Positions 10,303 to 19,468 of a stretch of 48,353 bases of DNA are shown piece by piece. Every line of letters begins with the position of its first letter. The stretch's first letter is position 1. Source of the stretch: Myxococcota bacterium (GTDB lineage Bacteria > Myxococcota > XYA12-FULL-58-9 > JABJBS01); NCBI GenBank assembly GCA_036339465.1, contig JAYZAY010000095.1:1-48353 (forward strand), written 5' to 3'. Made by a program: the position numbers and the translations under genes. Under the pieces are notes generated by a model. That model was not told the origin of the DNA. It ran no database searches and saw only the letters and a list, made by a program, of their open reading frames with translations.

Positions 10303-12537
10303 CTAATTCATCTGACTTACTTCTTTCTGACTTACTTCTTTGGCCACTGTTTTTTTCGCTGGTCTTTTCTTCAGTCGAAAGACCCGGGATTGTGGAAAGG
10401 TATTCAGCACCTCCTCGAATTTCTCAGAATCAAACCGCCCCAGCATGAAAAGTTGAGTGAAATTGGAACGATAAACAGTTTCATTCACAAGAAATGCATG
10501 ACTCAATTTCCGCGGACCAGTCTCAACCATCAAGAGAGTCTCCTTACTTTCATCGGAAGAAAAAATTCGTTCATCCACCACTTTCCCATGGCGAATCACA
10601 GTAATCCTCCGCAACCGGCTACCTGACTCAGTCTTCCCCACCGAAAGATGAAACTTCAACACACCACAATAAAGGATACCACCCGCTATCCGATTGCAGC
10701 CCAATGGTTTGAAACCCCGTGGCCTTGCGTTGGTTGAGCCACCTTCAGCCAGTGCAGCAATCGAGTGATATTTAAAAGCTAAATCCATAGACAAGTATAG
10801 GTAAAGGGGAATCTTGGCTGACTCGACCACTGGATCGAGAATCGCCTGCCATAAGGTTGTTCGCGACTGGCCATTGTCTTTGATGCCCTGTAGGCCGTCA
10901 CGGGCAAGGAAATTTGCGATGGCCACCAATTCACCGGGATCCGACGAAGAAAGCGCACTTGCCACCAAGGGGGTCTTCTCAGAAACCTGGGAACTCGGGT
11001 CGTGAAAGGTCGCTTTATCCGCGACTGTGGTCAGGGCCGCGCCATAATCCCACCATGCAAAGATGGCTGCGTCCTCGGGCAATAACGACGCCAACCGAGT
11101 AAAATCACGGAATCGCTGGGCATTAATATTAGGGAAAGGCATGTGCTTTAGGCTTTCTTGAGGCACCAATAAACCACCCAAAACAACGACAGTGAGAGAA
11201 AAAATGGACTGCCGGGCAGGACAAGACCAATCCCGACTCACCATGAACGAAAGAAAACCGAAATCTCTTCCCTTTAAAGTCTCCAATGCACCCATACCCA
11301 AACAAAACCAAAAACCAATCCCCATCCCCATGAAGGGGCCTAAATACATGGCAAACCTTCGGGAGGACTGGAATGTCATCAGTCCAAGGGCGAGCAAGGG
11401 AAGCCAAGGAACAGCCAAGCGGAATTGTGAAATACCGAAAATGACAAATCCCAAGAGTGAGAATAAAACCAATCCAGGAGAATCATGAACGCGCTTAAGA
11501 GCATTTCTCCATTCCAGTTTCTTCGTTTCCTGGATGGTCATATAGGTGTTATTAAACCGGGGCGCTTCATCGCCTATTCGGTCTTTTGGAAGTTTTGGTA
11601 TCCCTAAACGAAAACCCTCTTCTTCAGGTGGAGAATACGCATTGGCCTTGGCCTCGCTCACCAAGGAGGGAATCGCCCAATACTTTTGCAGGAAGTCTTG
11701 CACTGAACCACTGGCCACAAGAAAATTGCCCAAGGGGCACGCCAAGACAAAGACCAATCCGCTACCCACCACCTTTTTCAAGTTTTTTCCGTAAAGAGTG
11801 TAGGTCGTAACCAAGACGAGAAAATAAGCCAAGATAAACCCAGGGCGATTGTACCACCAAGTAAAGAGCCACATACTGCCACCAGCCAAAACCGCGTTAC
11901 CCAAAGTAGCCCATATCATTTTGCTACGGGCTCCCAAAAATATAAAAAGTGACGCCATACAGGGGAAAAACAGATTAAGCATATCCGTATCGATGCGCCC
12001 CATGGACGTTCTCAACAAATATTCCGGCGCGAAGGCTCCCATCATCCCTGAGAGCAATCCAACACCAGGGTATCCCGCCACATAGAAGTAGACCCCTAAG
12101 GGAATCATAAAAAGACTCGAAAATAAGAAAAGAAGTGCCGTTCCCGCCAGGTAAAAATCACCATCAAAATACGAAGCTGCCTTCGCAATAAGAAAACTCA
12201 ACAACGGTACTTTTGGTTGCTTATAGAATTCCCCCTCGGGAAAAAATGCCTTGGGGTTTTTCTGGGAATACCCCCCTACCTCATACTCCCTAGCCCACCT
12301 TACCCACAGAAAAGCATCGGCGGTGGAAACCATGGGCGTTTCCCCCACAAAGTGCGTTTCCGCTTTATCAGTCCACGCTAAATATTGTTGCTGCCGAATG
12401 GAAGTGGAGAAAAGCATCGCTAAGACGAGAAGCACGCCAAACAACCACGGAGAAATAACAAACTTCGGCGCAACCATCCTCTGATAGCCAGACCATATGC
12501 GTCTTAGGGCTTCCGCCATGGATTCCTTACCGTCCAT
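10303..12537 (-). CDS. pglB: STT3/PglB-family N-linked oligosaccharyltransferase
   Basis: Multi-TM protein with STADAF, GRIDTDML (DxD), TIQE, RRFAMY and WWDYG motifs. Alternative start ATG 12519. Confidence 0.9.
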   Translation of the reverse strand: MDGKESMAEALRRIWSGYQRMVAPKFVISPWLFGVLLVLAMLFSTSIRQQQYLAWTDKAETHFVGETPMVSTADAFLWVRWAREYEVGGYSQKNPKAFFPEGEFYKQPKVPLLSFLIAKAASYFDGDFYLAGTALLFLFSSLFMIPLGVYFYVAGYPGVGLLSGMMGAFAPEYLLRTSMGRIDTDMLNLFFPCMASLFIFLGARSKMIWATLGNAVLAGGSMWLFTWWYNRPGFILAYFLVLVTTYTLYGKNLKKVVGSGLVFVLACPLGNFLVASGSVQDFLQKYWAIPSLVSEAKANAYSPPEEEGFRLGIPKLPKDRIGDEAPRFNNTYMTIQETKKLEWRNALKRVHDSPGLVLFSLLGFVIFGISQFRLAVPWLPLLALGLMTFQSSRRFAMYLGPFMGMGIGFWFCLGMGALETLKGRDFGFLSFMVSRDWSCPARQSIFSLTVVVLGGLLVPQESLKHMPFPNINAQRFRDFTRLASLLPEDAAIFAWWDYGAALTTVADKATFHDPSSQVSEKTPLVASALSSSDPGELVAIANFLARDGLQGIKDNGQSRTTLWQAILDPVVESAKIPLYLYLSMDLAFKYHSIAALAEGGSTNARPRGFKPLGCNRIAGGILYCGVLKFHLSVGKTESGSRLRRITVIRHGKVVDERIFSSDESKETLLMVETGPRKLSHAFLVNETVYRSNFTQLFMLGRFDSEKFEEVLNTFPQSRVFRLKKRPAKKTVAKEVSQKEVSQMN

Positions 12538-13212
12538 TCACTGCTCTCGTGCTTTCCATTCCGCCAAAAAACGACTCATTTTGGTGCCTCTACCCTCTAC
12601 CTCTCTAAATTACAAAAAGGTTTGACCGGTTCATCGACAAAAAGACCAGTGCTTATCCGCCTATACCTACTTCCACACAAACAACCTAGGGAACCAAAAG
12701 CCACAAGTTAGACGTTGCTGCTAGCGGCACTTCCTCTGATAAACCCAGCACAGGTATCTCAACCACCGTTGCAGGGAACCTTATCATTCTTCACAACCAT
12801 CTTGATGGATATGAGCATCCATATTTTTGTCTTCGAGACCGTTGGTTGTCACAACCCGCCACAACCACCCCGCCCACAGAACAAGATGGCTATATCGAGT
12901 TCTCAAGATGGGAGTCCCAAAAGACTAACTTGAAACTCGGCGGTCATTGGCTTTTTTTTCCGGCAACAAATCCCTGCCCCCAAAGCATGAGCCATTCCAA
13001 ATGAAGCTTTTTTAGGACTTTCGATACACCCCAAGAAGTGGTTGCATTCATCTTTGCTGGATTTTTCGCCTGCAAAAGACGCAATCAAAGTTCTTAGATA
13101 GGATTAAATCCTACAAAGAGAATCGTCGAAAATCATAACGAATAGATAGAGACATAACACAACAAGACCATTTTGGGGCCAAATCCTCAAGATGATTCCC
13201 GTCCACCGCTCA

Positions 13213-14478
13213 TTAGACCTTTCTCAATTTGGCCGCATGCCGATGCCCCATCAGTCCTTCCCGTTCTGCCAACATCATCGTATCATCAATAACTTCTTCC
13301 GAAAGACAACCATCACTTCTCATCCACGTCCGGATCCGCAGAAAATTGTGAACCGAAAGCCCCCCGCTAAACCGTCCCACCCGCCCCGTCGGTAAAACAT
13401 GATTGGGGCCCGCCCCATAGTCACCAAAAACCTCAGCCGCCCCAGCCCCAATAAAAATAGCCCCATAATGCTTCAAAAGTGGAACCATTAACTTAGGTTC
13501 CCCGACCTGCACCTCGAGATGCTCGGGGACTGCTGCGTTGGCCACCGATGCAGCCTCCTCCAGACTACTAACCACCGCGCACCACCCATTCTTCAACGCC
13601 CCCCTCGCCACTTCCGACGTGGGTAAATCGGCCAACTGTTTATTCAATTCAACTTCCACCGCATCCGCCAGCTCCTCGTCCAAGGCAACTAAAAGAGGAA
13701 TGGCATCGGTGTCATGCTCTGCCTGCGCTAATAGGTCGGCCGCCACCAGCGCCGGTGAAGCGCTGGCATCAGCGATCACCAATAATTCAGACGGTCCCGC
13801 CAACATATCGATTGCCACCTCGCCTGCAACCAATTTTTTCGCGGCGGTCACATATCGATTGCCGGGGCCGACAATTATATCGCAAGGTTGAAGAACGCCT
13901 TCCACCCCCCACGTAAACGCACCAATCGCCTGGGCACCGCCAACAGCAATCACTGCGTCAACCCCCGCAACATGGGAAGCTCCCAAAGTGAGAAGTGTCG
14001 GTTTCGGAGAAGCAGCGTAAACACATTCAACACCGGCCGTTCGAGCTGTCACCGCAGTCATCAGCATCGTCGAAGGCAAGGGGAATCGACCACCCGGCAC
14101 ATAACAACCAGCAATTTCTAAAGGCACAATATCCTGGCCAGCGCGCCCCCCAGGAATATCCATGGCAAAGGGTCGAATACTACTCATTTGGCATCGAGCG
14201 AAATTCTCAATTCGCTCTTTTGTTCGAACAAGAAGTGCTTTTTCCGATTCATCCAAGGACTCAAAGACACGAGCCAACTCCACGGGACCAAGAATGAGTG
14301 AGCTCTCACCATCCCAATCCCCCAAGTTTCTTGCCCATCGCTCGAGAGCAGGCCGCCCCTCTGTTTTAATTTCTTTGAGGATCTCCGCAACCCGGGCCAA
14401 GGTATCCTCTTCAAGAGCCGCCGACACCTTTTTCTTTGCATTCTGCGACGAGCATCTTCGCAATAAGTGTTCCGCCAT
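13213..14478 (-). CDS. hisD: Histidinol dehydrogenase
   Basis: GCYVPGG, VGPGNRYV, IDMLAGPSE, DLLAQAEHD, PEHL, GDYGAGPNHVLPT; RBS AGGAG upstream. Confidence 0.97.
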   Translation of the reverse strand: MAEHLLRRCSSQNAKKKVSAALEEDTLARVAEILKEIKTEGRPALERWARNLGDWDGESSLILGPVELARVFESLDESEKALLVRTKERIENFARCQMSSIRPFAMDIPGGRAGQDIVPLEIAGCYVPGGRFPLPSTMLMTAVTARTAGVECVYAASPKPTLLTLGASHVAGVDAVIAVGGAQAIGAFTWGVEGVLQPCDIIVGPGNRYVTAAKKLVAGEVAIDMLAGPSELLVIADASASPALVAADLLAQAEHDTDAIPLLVALDEELADAVEVELNKQLADLPTSEVARGALKNGWCAVVSSLEEAASVANAAVPEHLEVQVGEPKLMVPLLKHYGAIFIGAGAAEVFGDYGAGPNHVLPTGRVGRFSGGLSVHNFLRIRTWMRSDGCLSEEVIDDTMMLAEREGLMGHRHAAKLRKV

Positions 14479-14496
14479 TTCAGACTCCTACCCATT

Positions 14497-15771
14497 CTAA
14501 GTCTTAAGATACCCTGGTTTCGCATCACCACCACGTCGACTTACCTTACGACTGCGGCGATCAAGTTCACCGACCACATCCGAAAAAGAAATACCCTCAG
14601 CAGCCAATCGAACCATGGTAAAATAGAGCAAATCCGCCGCTTCATGTACGACATTCGATGTGCCTTCAGCCGCGACCAATTCATCCACTTCTTCGCGGAT
14701 CTTCGCCGCCAACAAATCAGGTTCTCGATACAATCGCGCCGTGTAAGACCCCTCAGGAGCGGTGGCCTTTCGGTTCAATAACGTCGATTCCAAGTATTTC
14801 AATCCCCGGCCCTCGTCCCAGCAAGAAAATCGTTCTAAATGACAAAATCCACGACCGGCCTGTTTCACCCGAAAAAGCAATGCGTCCGCATCACAATCAA
14901 GACGCACGTCCAAAAGTTCTTGAATGGCCCCCGAGGTAGAACCTTTACGCCAAATCTCTTTACGCGAACGACTATAATAGACACCAGTTCCCGTTTTGAG
15001 TGCCTCTTTCAAACTTTCGGCAGTGGAGTAAACCAAACCCAAAGCTCGGTCCCATTCATCCACCACCACTGTGGTAAAAAGTCCGTCAGCCCGGTCGGTG
15101 TTCAGCATCTCCGCGAGTACATCGGCCACATCAAAATGCCCTTTATAAAGAGCCATCCCCACCTGCGCATCGATGCCCATATCATGAAGCTTTGCAATTT
15201 CAGCTGGGGTAGCAATCCCCCCCGCCACCGTGAGCTGTGCCTCACCTGCAGCTTCTTTCAATTTCTGCACATGGTCAAAATCAATTCCCACCAATCGCCC
15301 CTCCCGCTCCACAAAGGTAACCAAGAACCCAAAAACGTAGGGGGAAAGCTCCCTCAAGCGATCGAGAACCGAAAGACCGGTTTTAGTCTTCCAACCATGC
15401 ACCACGACCTCGCCGTCCACGCCGTCCAAAGCCGCAATGAGGCGACCCTTAGGAAGTTGTTGCAAAAGTTCAGGTTTGGCAGCGGTTCCCAAAATGATTT
15501 TAGATGCTCCACGGTCAAGCCAATTCATGGCTTTTTCATAGGAACGAATGCCACCTCCTACCCGACAGGGCGCCACCTTAAGAAGGGCGTTGATAACCTC
15601 TGTGTTATCGCCATGGCCCATTGCGGCATCTAAATCGATCACAGCGACTTCACCCGTTCGCCCAAAATTCCGCGCGAGAGGCACCGGATCACCGGCATTG
15701 ATTTCGAGCTTTTTGCCACCAATCAGCTGAACCGCATTACCATTTTGAATATCCACCGAAGGTATGATCAT
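14497..15771 (-). CDS. hisAIE: Trifunctional HisA-HisI-HisE fusion
   Basis: HisA barrel (IIPSVDI, VIDLDAA, VGGGIR, ILGTAA, VAGGI); HisI (YYSRSR..W.KG.TSG, DCDADAL, CH...SC); HisE (SYT, KIREE..E, HEAADLLY). ATGA overlap with hisF. Confidence 0.93.
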   Translation of the reverse strand: MIIPSVDIQNGNAVQLIGGKKLEINAGDPVPLARNFGRTGEVAVIDLDAAMGHGDNTEVINALLKVAPCRVGGGIRSYEKAMNWLDRGASKIILGTAAKPELLQQLPKGRLIAALDGVDGEVVVHGWKTKTGLSVLDRLRELSPYVFGFLVTFVEREGRLVGIDFDHVQKLKEAAGEAQLTVAGGIATPAEIAKLHDMGIDAQVGMALYKGHFDVADVLAEMLNTDRADGLFTTVVVDEWDRALGLVYSTAESLKEALKTGTGVYYSRSRKEIWRKGSTSGAIQELLDVRLDCDADALLFRVKQAGRGFCHLERFSCWDEGRGLKYLESTLLNRKATAPEGSYTARLYREPDLLAAKIREEVDELVAAEGTSNVVHEAADLLYFTMVRLAAEGISFSDVVGELDRRSRKVSRRGGDAKPGYLKT

Positions 15772-16526
15772 AATCTGACCTCGCCGCCCAATTCTCGAAG
15801 TTCTTTTTTCAGCCGATCCACGGTATAATCCCCATCATGAAAAATAGACGCTGCCAACACAGCATCCACCCCCACATCAATCGCATCTTTCATGTGTTGA
15901 GGTGAGTTAGCTCCACCGGATGCAATAATGGGAATACCCACCACCGCACGAATCGCCGTGAGCATCTTCAAATCATAACCAGAGCGGGTGCCATCTCGGT
16001 CCCAACTGGTAAGAAGAATTTCACCGCAACCACGTTCCTGGGCTTCTCGAGCCCAATCCGTGGCTTTTTTGGGTAACCTTTCGGTACCCGATCGAACAAT
16101 CACTTCCCAACTACCTAGGTCGTTGTTCCAAGCCGCATCGATGGCTAAAATCGTGCATTGAGAACCAAACTGCTTGGCCATCTCATCGATTATCAAAGGA
16201 TTGATGACTGCCGCGGTATTGACACTCACCTTATCTGCACCCGCATCGAGAAGCCTAGAAGCGTCCTCTAACCTGCGCACCCCTCCTCCACAGGTCAGTG
16301 GGATCCGAAGTCTCTTCCGGACAGCTTTCACCGTGTCGACCTGATGCCCACGCCCTTCAGGAGTGGCGGATACATCGAGGATGATAAGTTCGTCAGCACC
16401 CTGCTTCTCGTAAGCCTTCGACAATTCCACAGGATTGCCCGCATCACGTAGATTTTGGAATTGCACCCCCTTCACCACTCGACCATCGCGACAATCCAAA
16501 CAAGGAATAATTCGTGTGGTCAACAT
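15768..16526 (-). CDS. hisF: Imidazole glycerol phosphate synthase, cyclase subunit
   Basis: RIIPCLD, VVKG, GADEL, GGGVR, GADKVSVNTAA, GEILLTS.DRDGT, IIASGG, LAASIFH. Start reassigned to ATG 16526 (TGATG overlap with hisH). Confidence 0.97.
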   Translation of the reverse strand: MLTTRIIPCLDCRDGRVVKGVQFQNLRDAGNPVELSKAYEKQGADELIILDVSATPEGRGHQVDTVKAVRKRLRIPLTCGGGVRRLEDASRLLDAGADKVSVNTAAVINPLIIDEMAKQFGSQCTILAIDAAWNNDLGSWEVIVRSGTERLPKKATDWAREAQERGCGEILLTSWDRDGTRSGYDLKMLTAIRAVVGIPIIASGGANSPQHMKDAIDVGVDAVLAASIFHDGDYTVDRLKKELRELGGEVRL

Positions 16527-17134
16527 CAAGCCACCCCCAAACCGAGCCAACGCTTTAAAAGAGTTTCGCCCCATTCCCCCGACAGTTCCGGGTGGAATTG
16601 ACAAATCAACTGAGGTCCTCGTTCCATAGCCGCAACGTATTCACCACCATAGTCAAACGTCGCCACGTCCCAACCAACCACCGTCGCTCCAAAGGCATAG
16701 GAGTTGGCAAAATAAGCATAGCCATCCCTAATATATCGATGGTTTGGGGACGAAATAACCTTATTCCAGCCAATCTGGGGCACCGAATAAGTATCAGGTA
16801 AGCGAATGACAGGCCCAGCAACCACCCCCAACCCCTCGGAACCTGGAGATTCTTCACTTTCCTGTCCAGCAAGTTGCATACCCAAGCAAATACTAAGCAG
16901 CGGCTTACCCACCGAAAACCGCTCTCTGAGTGGTGAAACCAGTGCCCGCTTCTCCAAACCTTCCATGCAGGCACCAAAACTACCCACTCCAGGTAGGACA
17001 AGGTAGTCCGAATCCAGGATTTCCTCTTCGACCTCGATCACTTTCCAACCGACATTTAGCCTTTCAAACGCAGCACACACCGAAGCCAAATTGGCCAATC
17101 CCGTTCGTAGAATAGAGACAAAAGGGACACTCAT
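16526..17134 (-). CDS. hisH: Imidazole glycerol phosphate synthase, glutaminase subunit
   Basis: LPGVG, ICLGMQ (catalytic Cys), PQIGWN, YFANSY, QFHPE. Confidence 0.96.
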   Translation of the reverse strand: MSVPFVSILRTGLANLASVCAAFERLNVGWKVIEVEEEILDSDYLVLPGVGSFGACMEGLEKRALVSPLRERFSVGKPLLSICLGMQLAGQESEESPGSEGLGVVAGPVIRLPDTYSVPQIGWNKVISSPNHRYIRDGYAYFANSYAFGATVVGWDVATFDYGGEYVAAMERGPQLICQFHPELSGEWGETLLKRWLGLGVA

Positions 17135-17724
17135 ACAAGCACTCCCTTAGTGCTTGGGACATCTTTTGATCGAGAATCGAGACCGACCGCCCCCCTCAAT
17201 GCCAGCGCGACCGCCTTGAAGGCTGCCTCTGAAATATGGTGGTCATTTTCGCCCTTTATTTGGTCGACGTGTAAACAAAGACGGCCCGCCATGGCCATAG
17301 ACTGAAAGAAGTGAGGTATGTTTTCGGTCGCCAAGTCGCCCAATTTTTCCCTTCGAAAACAAAGCTCGATGCTTGGATGCGGCCGACCAGAAAGATCCAC
17401 AACCGCTCTTACCAGTGCTTCGTCCAGCGGCGCATAAGCACTAAAAAATCGTCGAATACCCTTTCGTTCTCCGAGCGCCTCATTCACCGCGCTCCCAAGC
17501 GCCAATGCACAATCTTCAACCGTGTGATGATCATCAATTTCAATATCACCCTTACAATGTAGCTTCAGATCGATTTTACTGTGTTTTGATAAAGCCCCCA
17601 GCATATGGTCCAAAAAGGGAATCCCTGTATCGATATCGCCTTTGCCCGCACCATCTAGGTCAAGTTCACAAACAATATCGGTCTCCGATGTTGTTCTATT
17701 TACGCTCGCACTTCTCATACTCAT
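17131..17724 (-). CDS. hisB: Imidazoleglycerol-phosphate dehydratase (monofunctional)
   Basis: RTTSET, FLDHML, DDHHTVED, DLSGRP, NDHHISEAAFK, PSTKG; no N-terminal phosphatase domain. ATG 17724 fits the GAGGAG RBS. Confidence 0.97.
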   Translation of the reverse strand: MSMRSASVNRTTSETDIVCELDLDGAGKGDIDTGIPFLDHMLGALSKHSKIDLKLHCKGDIEIDDHHTVEDCALALGSAVNEALGERKGIRRFFSAYAPLDEALVRAVVDLSGRPHPSIELCFRREKLGDLATENIPHFFQSMAMAGRLCLHVDQIKGENDHHISEAAFKAVALALRGAVGLDSRSKDVPSTKGVLV

Positions 17725-19457
17725 ACCCATAGCTCCTCTAATTCAGCCACGTGGTTCAAAACCGCTGCCGCACCTGCCCCAAAAAGGAGGGACTGCTTCA
17801 ACGCAACATTTTCACCAGGAGCCACCACCCCAATGGGGATGACTCTCGCCTCAGACGCCGCCACCAAATCATCGACCGTATCGCCCAACATCCAAGCTCT
17901 CTTGATGGAGAGTTTTTCCAAAGCCAGCAAAACAGGATCAGGGCTCGGCTTCGGGGCCGCATCCTCCATACAAACCGAAATCTCCAAAAGGGAACCAAGG
18001 TCAAAGTGTTCCAAAGTACGTTCGGCGTCCAATCGTGGCCGGCCGGTAACCACCGCCAAAGAGTACCGTTTTTTTAAGGCAACGAGCCATTCGCGTTCTA
18101 CCATCAAGGTCTCATTTCGCCACAACCCTGGCTGCTCTTCAGTACCATGATAAAACGCTTCAAATTTGTGTCGAACCTCCTCAAAACAGACTTCGGTTCC
18201 TTTGGCCAAAATCAATCGATGCGTCACATCCCAGTCGTTGTTGGCGTTACCCTCAGCCTTAATCGTGGCGATATCCTCAAGTGAAATATTCACCCCAAAA
18301 CAAGCCCCTGTTTGAATCATTGCTTGCCTATAAGATCCACTAACATCCACCAAAACGCCGTCCATATCGAAAAGGATACCTTCCGGCGAAAACACGGTTC
18401 TAAGGGAGCGGTCCAACCGTTTCATTAAATCATCTCGTCCAGGACACGAAATTCGCAGAGCTCGGTCGAGGCGCTCATTGTTGCTAAAAGCACGTAGCCC
18501 TATCCCCAATGCCTCCATCCCTCGCTGAACAAATTCTCTATTCTCAAAATAGCCTAAAACAAAATTCGCCTGAGATTCTGGCGTTTTGAAATTGAACTCT
18601 CGCAAACACGATTGTAATTGGCGCCGCTGATTCCGGATCGTCTCGATATACGCGTCTGTGGTTTCTTTCGCTTCCCGTAGCCACAACTTCCCCAAAGAGA
18701 GAGAGACCTGTGACACCGAATACGGACCACTTGCCGCCCGCATCCAGTCAATGACCTCGACACCACCCAAAGCATACCCCAACCTTAAGCCCGGGAGTCC
18801 CCATGCCTTGGAAAAAGTGCGCATCACGACAATGTTGGGAGTGCCCAAAAAATCCTTCGTTGGATCATTATCCGCAAACTCCACATAGGCAAAATCCACA
18901 AGCCATAAAATGCCCGGGTATTTCTCAGCCATGGTGATGATCTTCCTCGGCTCCACCACCTGACCCGTTGGATTGTTAGGAGAAACAATGGTGACCAACC
19001 CCACCGAATCATCGAGAGACTTTTCCAATTCCTCCCACGGAAAAGCCCCATCCCAAAGGACCGAACATAGTTCAGCACCGGTCATTCGAGCATATTGCGG
19101 AATCATCTCAAAAGTTGGAATCGGCATCACCAACTTGCGACCACCCCATAAAACGGCACGACAAGCCCGCTCAATCCCTTCATCAGCCCCCGCAGTCACT
19201 AAAACCTTGTCTGCACCAATACCAAAATGCTCTCCCAAGGCACTTTCGAGCTCACCGGCCTTGGGGTAACGAACCACATTGGACAACTCAATTTCAGCCA
19301 AGCCCCGTCGAAGTAGCGTTTTCTCAGCGTCACTCAAGGTCGCCCGCTCGGTGTTTCCAAGTGGAAGGTCGATTTTTCCACCCATGGGGGGGATTTTATA
19401 GCCACTCTTTCCCACAAACGCAGGATTCCCTTGAAGTTTGGCCGGGGACACTTCCAT
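17721..19457 (-). CDS. hisC: Histidinol-phosphate aminotransferase fused to a C-terminal HAD hydrolase (TIGR01548-like, putative histidinol-phosphatase)
   Basis: SPNNPTG, D.AYVEF, RTFSKAWGLPGLRLGY (PLP Lys), SQANF; then FDMDGVLVD, VTGRP, KP, GDTVDD from about 18390 downward. Confidence 0.92.
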   Translation of the reverse strand: MEVSPAKLQGNPAFVGKSGYKIPPMGGKIDLPLGNTERATLSDAEKTLLRRGLAEIELSNVVRYPKAGELESALGEHFGIGADKVLVTAGADEGIERACRAVLWGGRKLVMPIPTFEMIPQYARMTGAELCSVLWDGAFPWEELEKSLDDSVGLVTIVSPNNPTGQVVEPRKIITMAEKYPGILWLVDFAYVEFADNDPTKDFLGTPNIVVMRTFSKAWGLPGLRLGYALGGVEVIDWMRAASGPYSVSQVSLSLGKLWLREAKETTDAYIETIRNQRRQLQSCLREFNFKTPESQANFVLGYFENREFVQRGMEALGIGLRAFSNNERLDRALRISCPGRDDLMKRLDRSLRTVFSPEGILFDMDGVLVDVSGSYRQAMIQTGACFGVNISLEDIATIKAEGNANNDWDVTHRLILAKGTEVCFEEVRHKFEAFYHGTEEQPGLWRNETLMVEREWLVALKKRYSLAVVTGRPRLDAERTLEHFDLGSLLEISVCMEDAAPKPSPDPVLLALEKLSIKRAWMLGDTVDDLVAASEARVIPIGVVAPGENVALKQSLLFGAGAAAVLNHVAELEELWV

Positions 19458-19468
19458 ATCCAATCTCC

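Noticed and set aside
12538..12579. 13-codon in-frame uORF (MSRFLAEWKAREQ*) abutting the pglB ATG, possible readthrough
   Set aside because: Short and could occur by chance; a downstream ATG at 12519 has its own AAGGA RBS.
14839..15633. 264-aa + strand ORF and the many other short antisense/overlapping ORFs in the track
   Set aside because: They are shadows of well-supported genes on the opposite strand or frame and carry no motifs.
16527..16604. N-terminal extension of HisF, or a HisH-HisF fusion
   Set aside because: The extension overlaps hisH in another frame; a TGATG junction gives two separate coupled genes.
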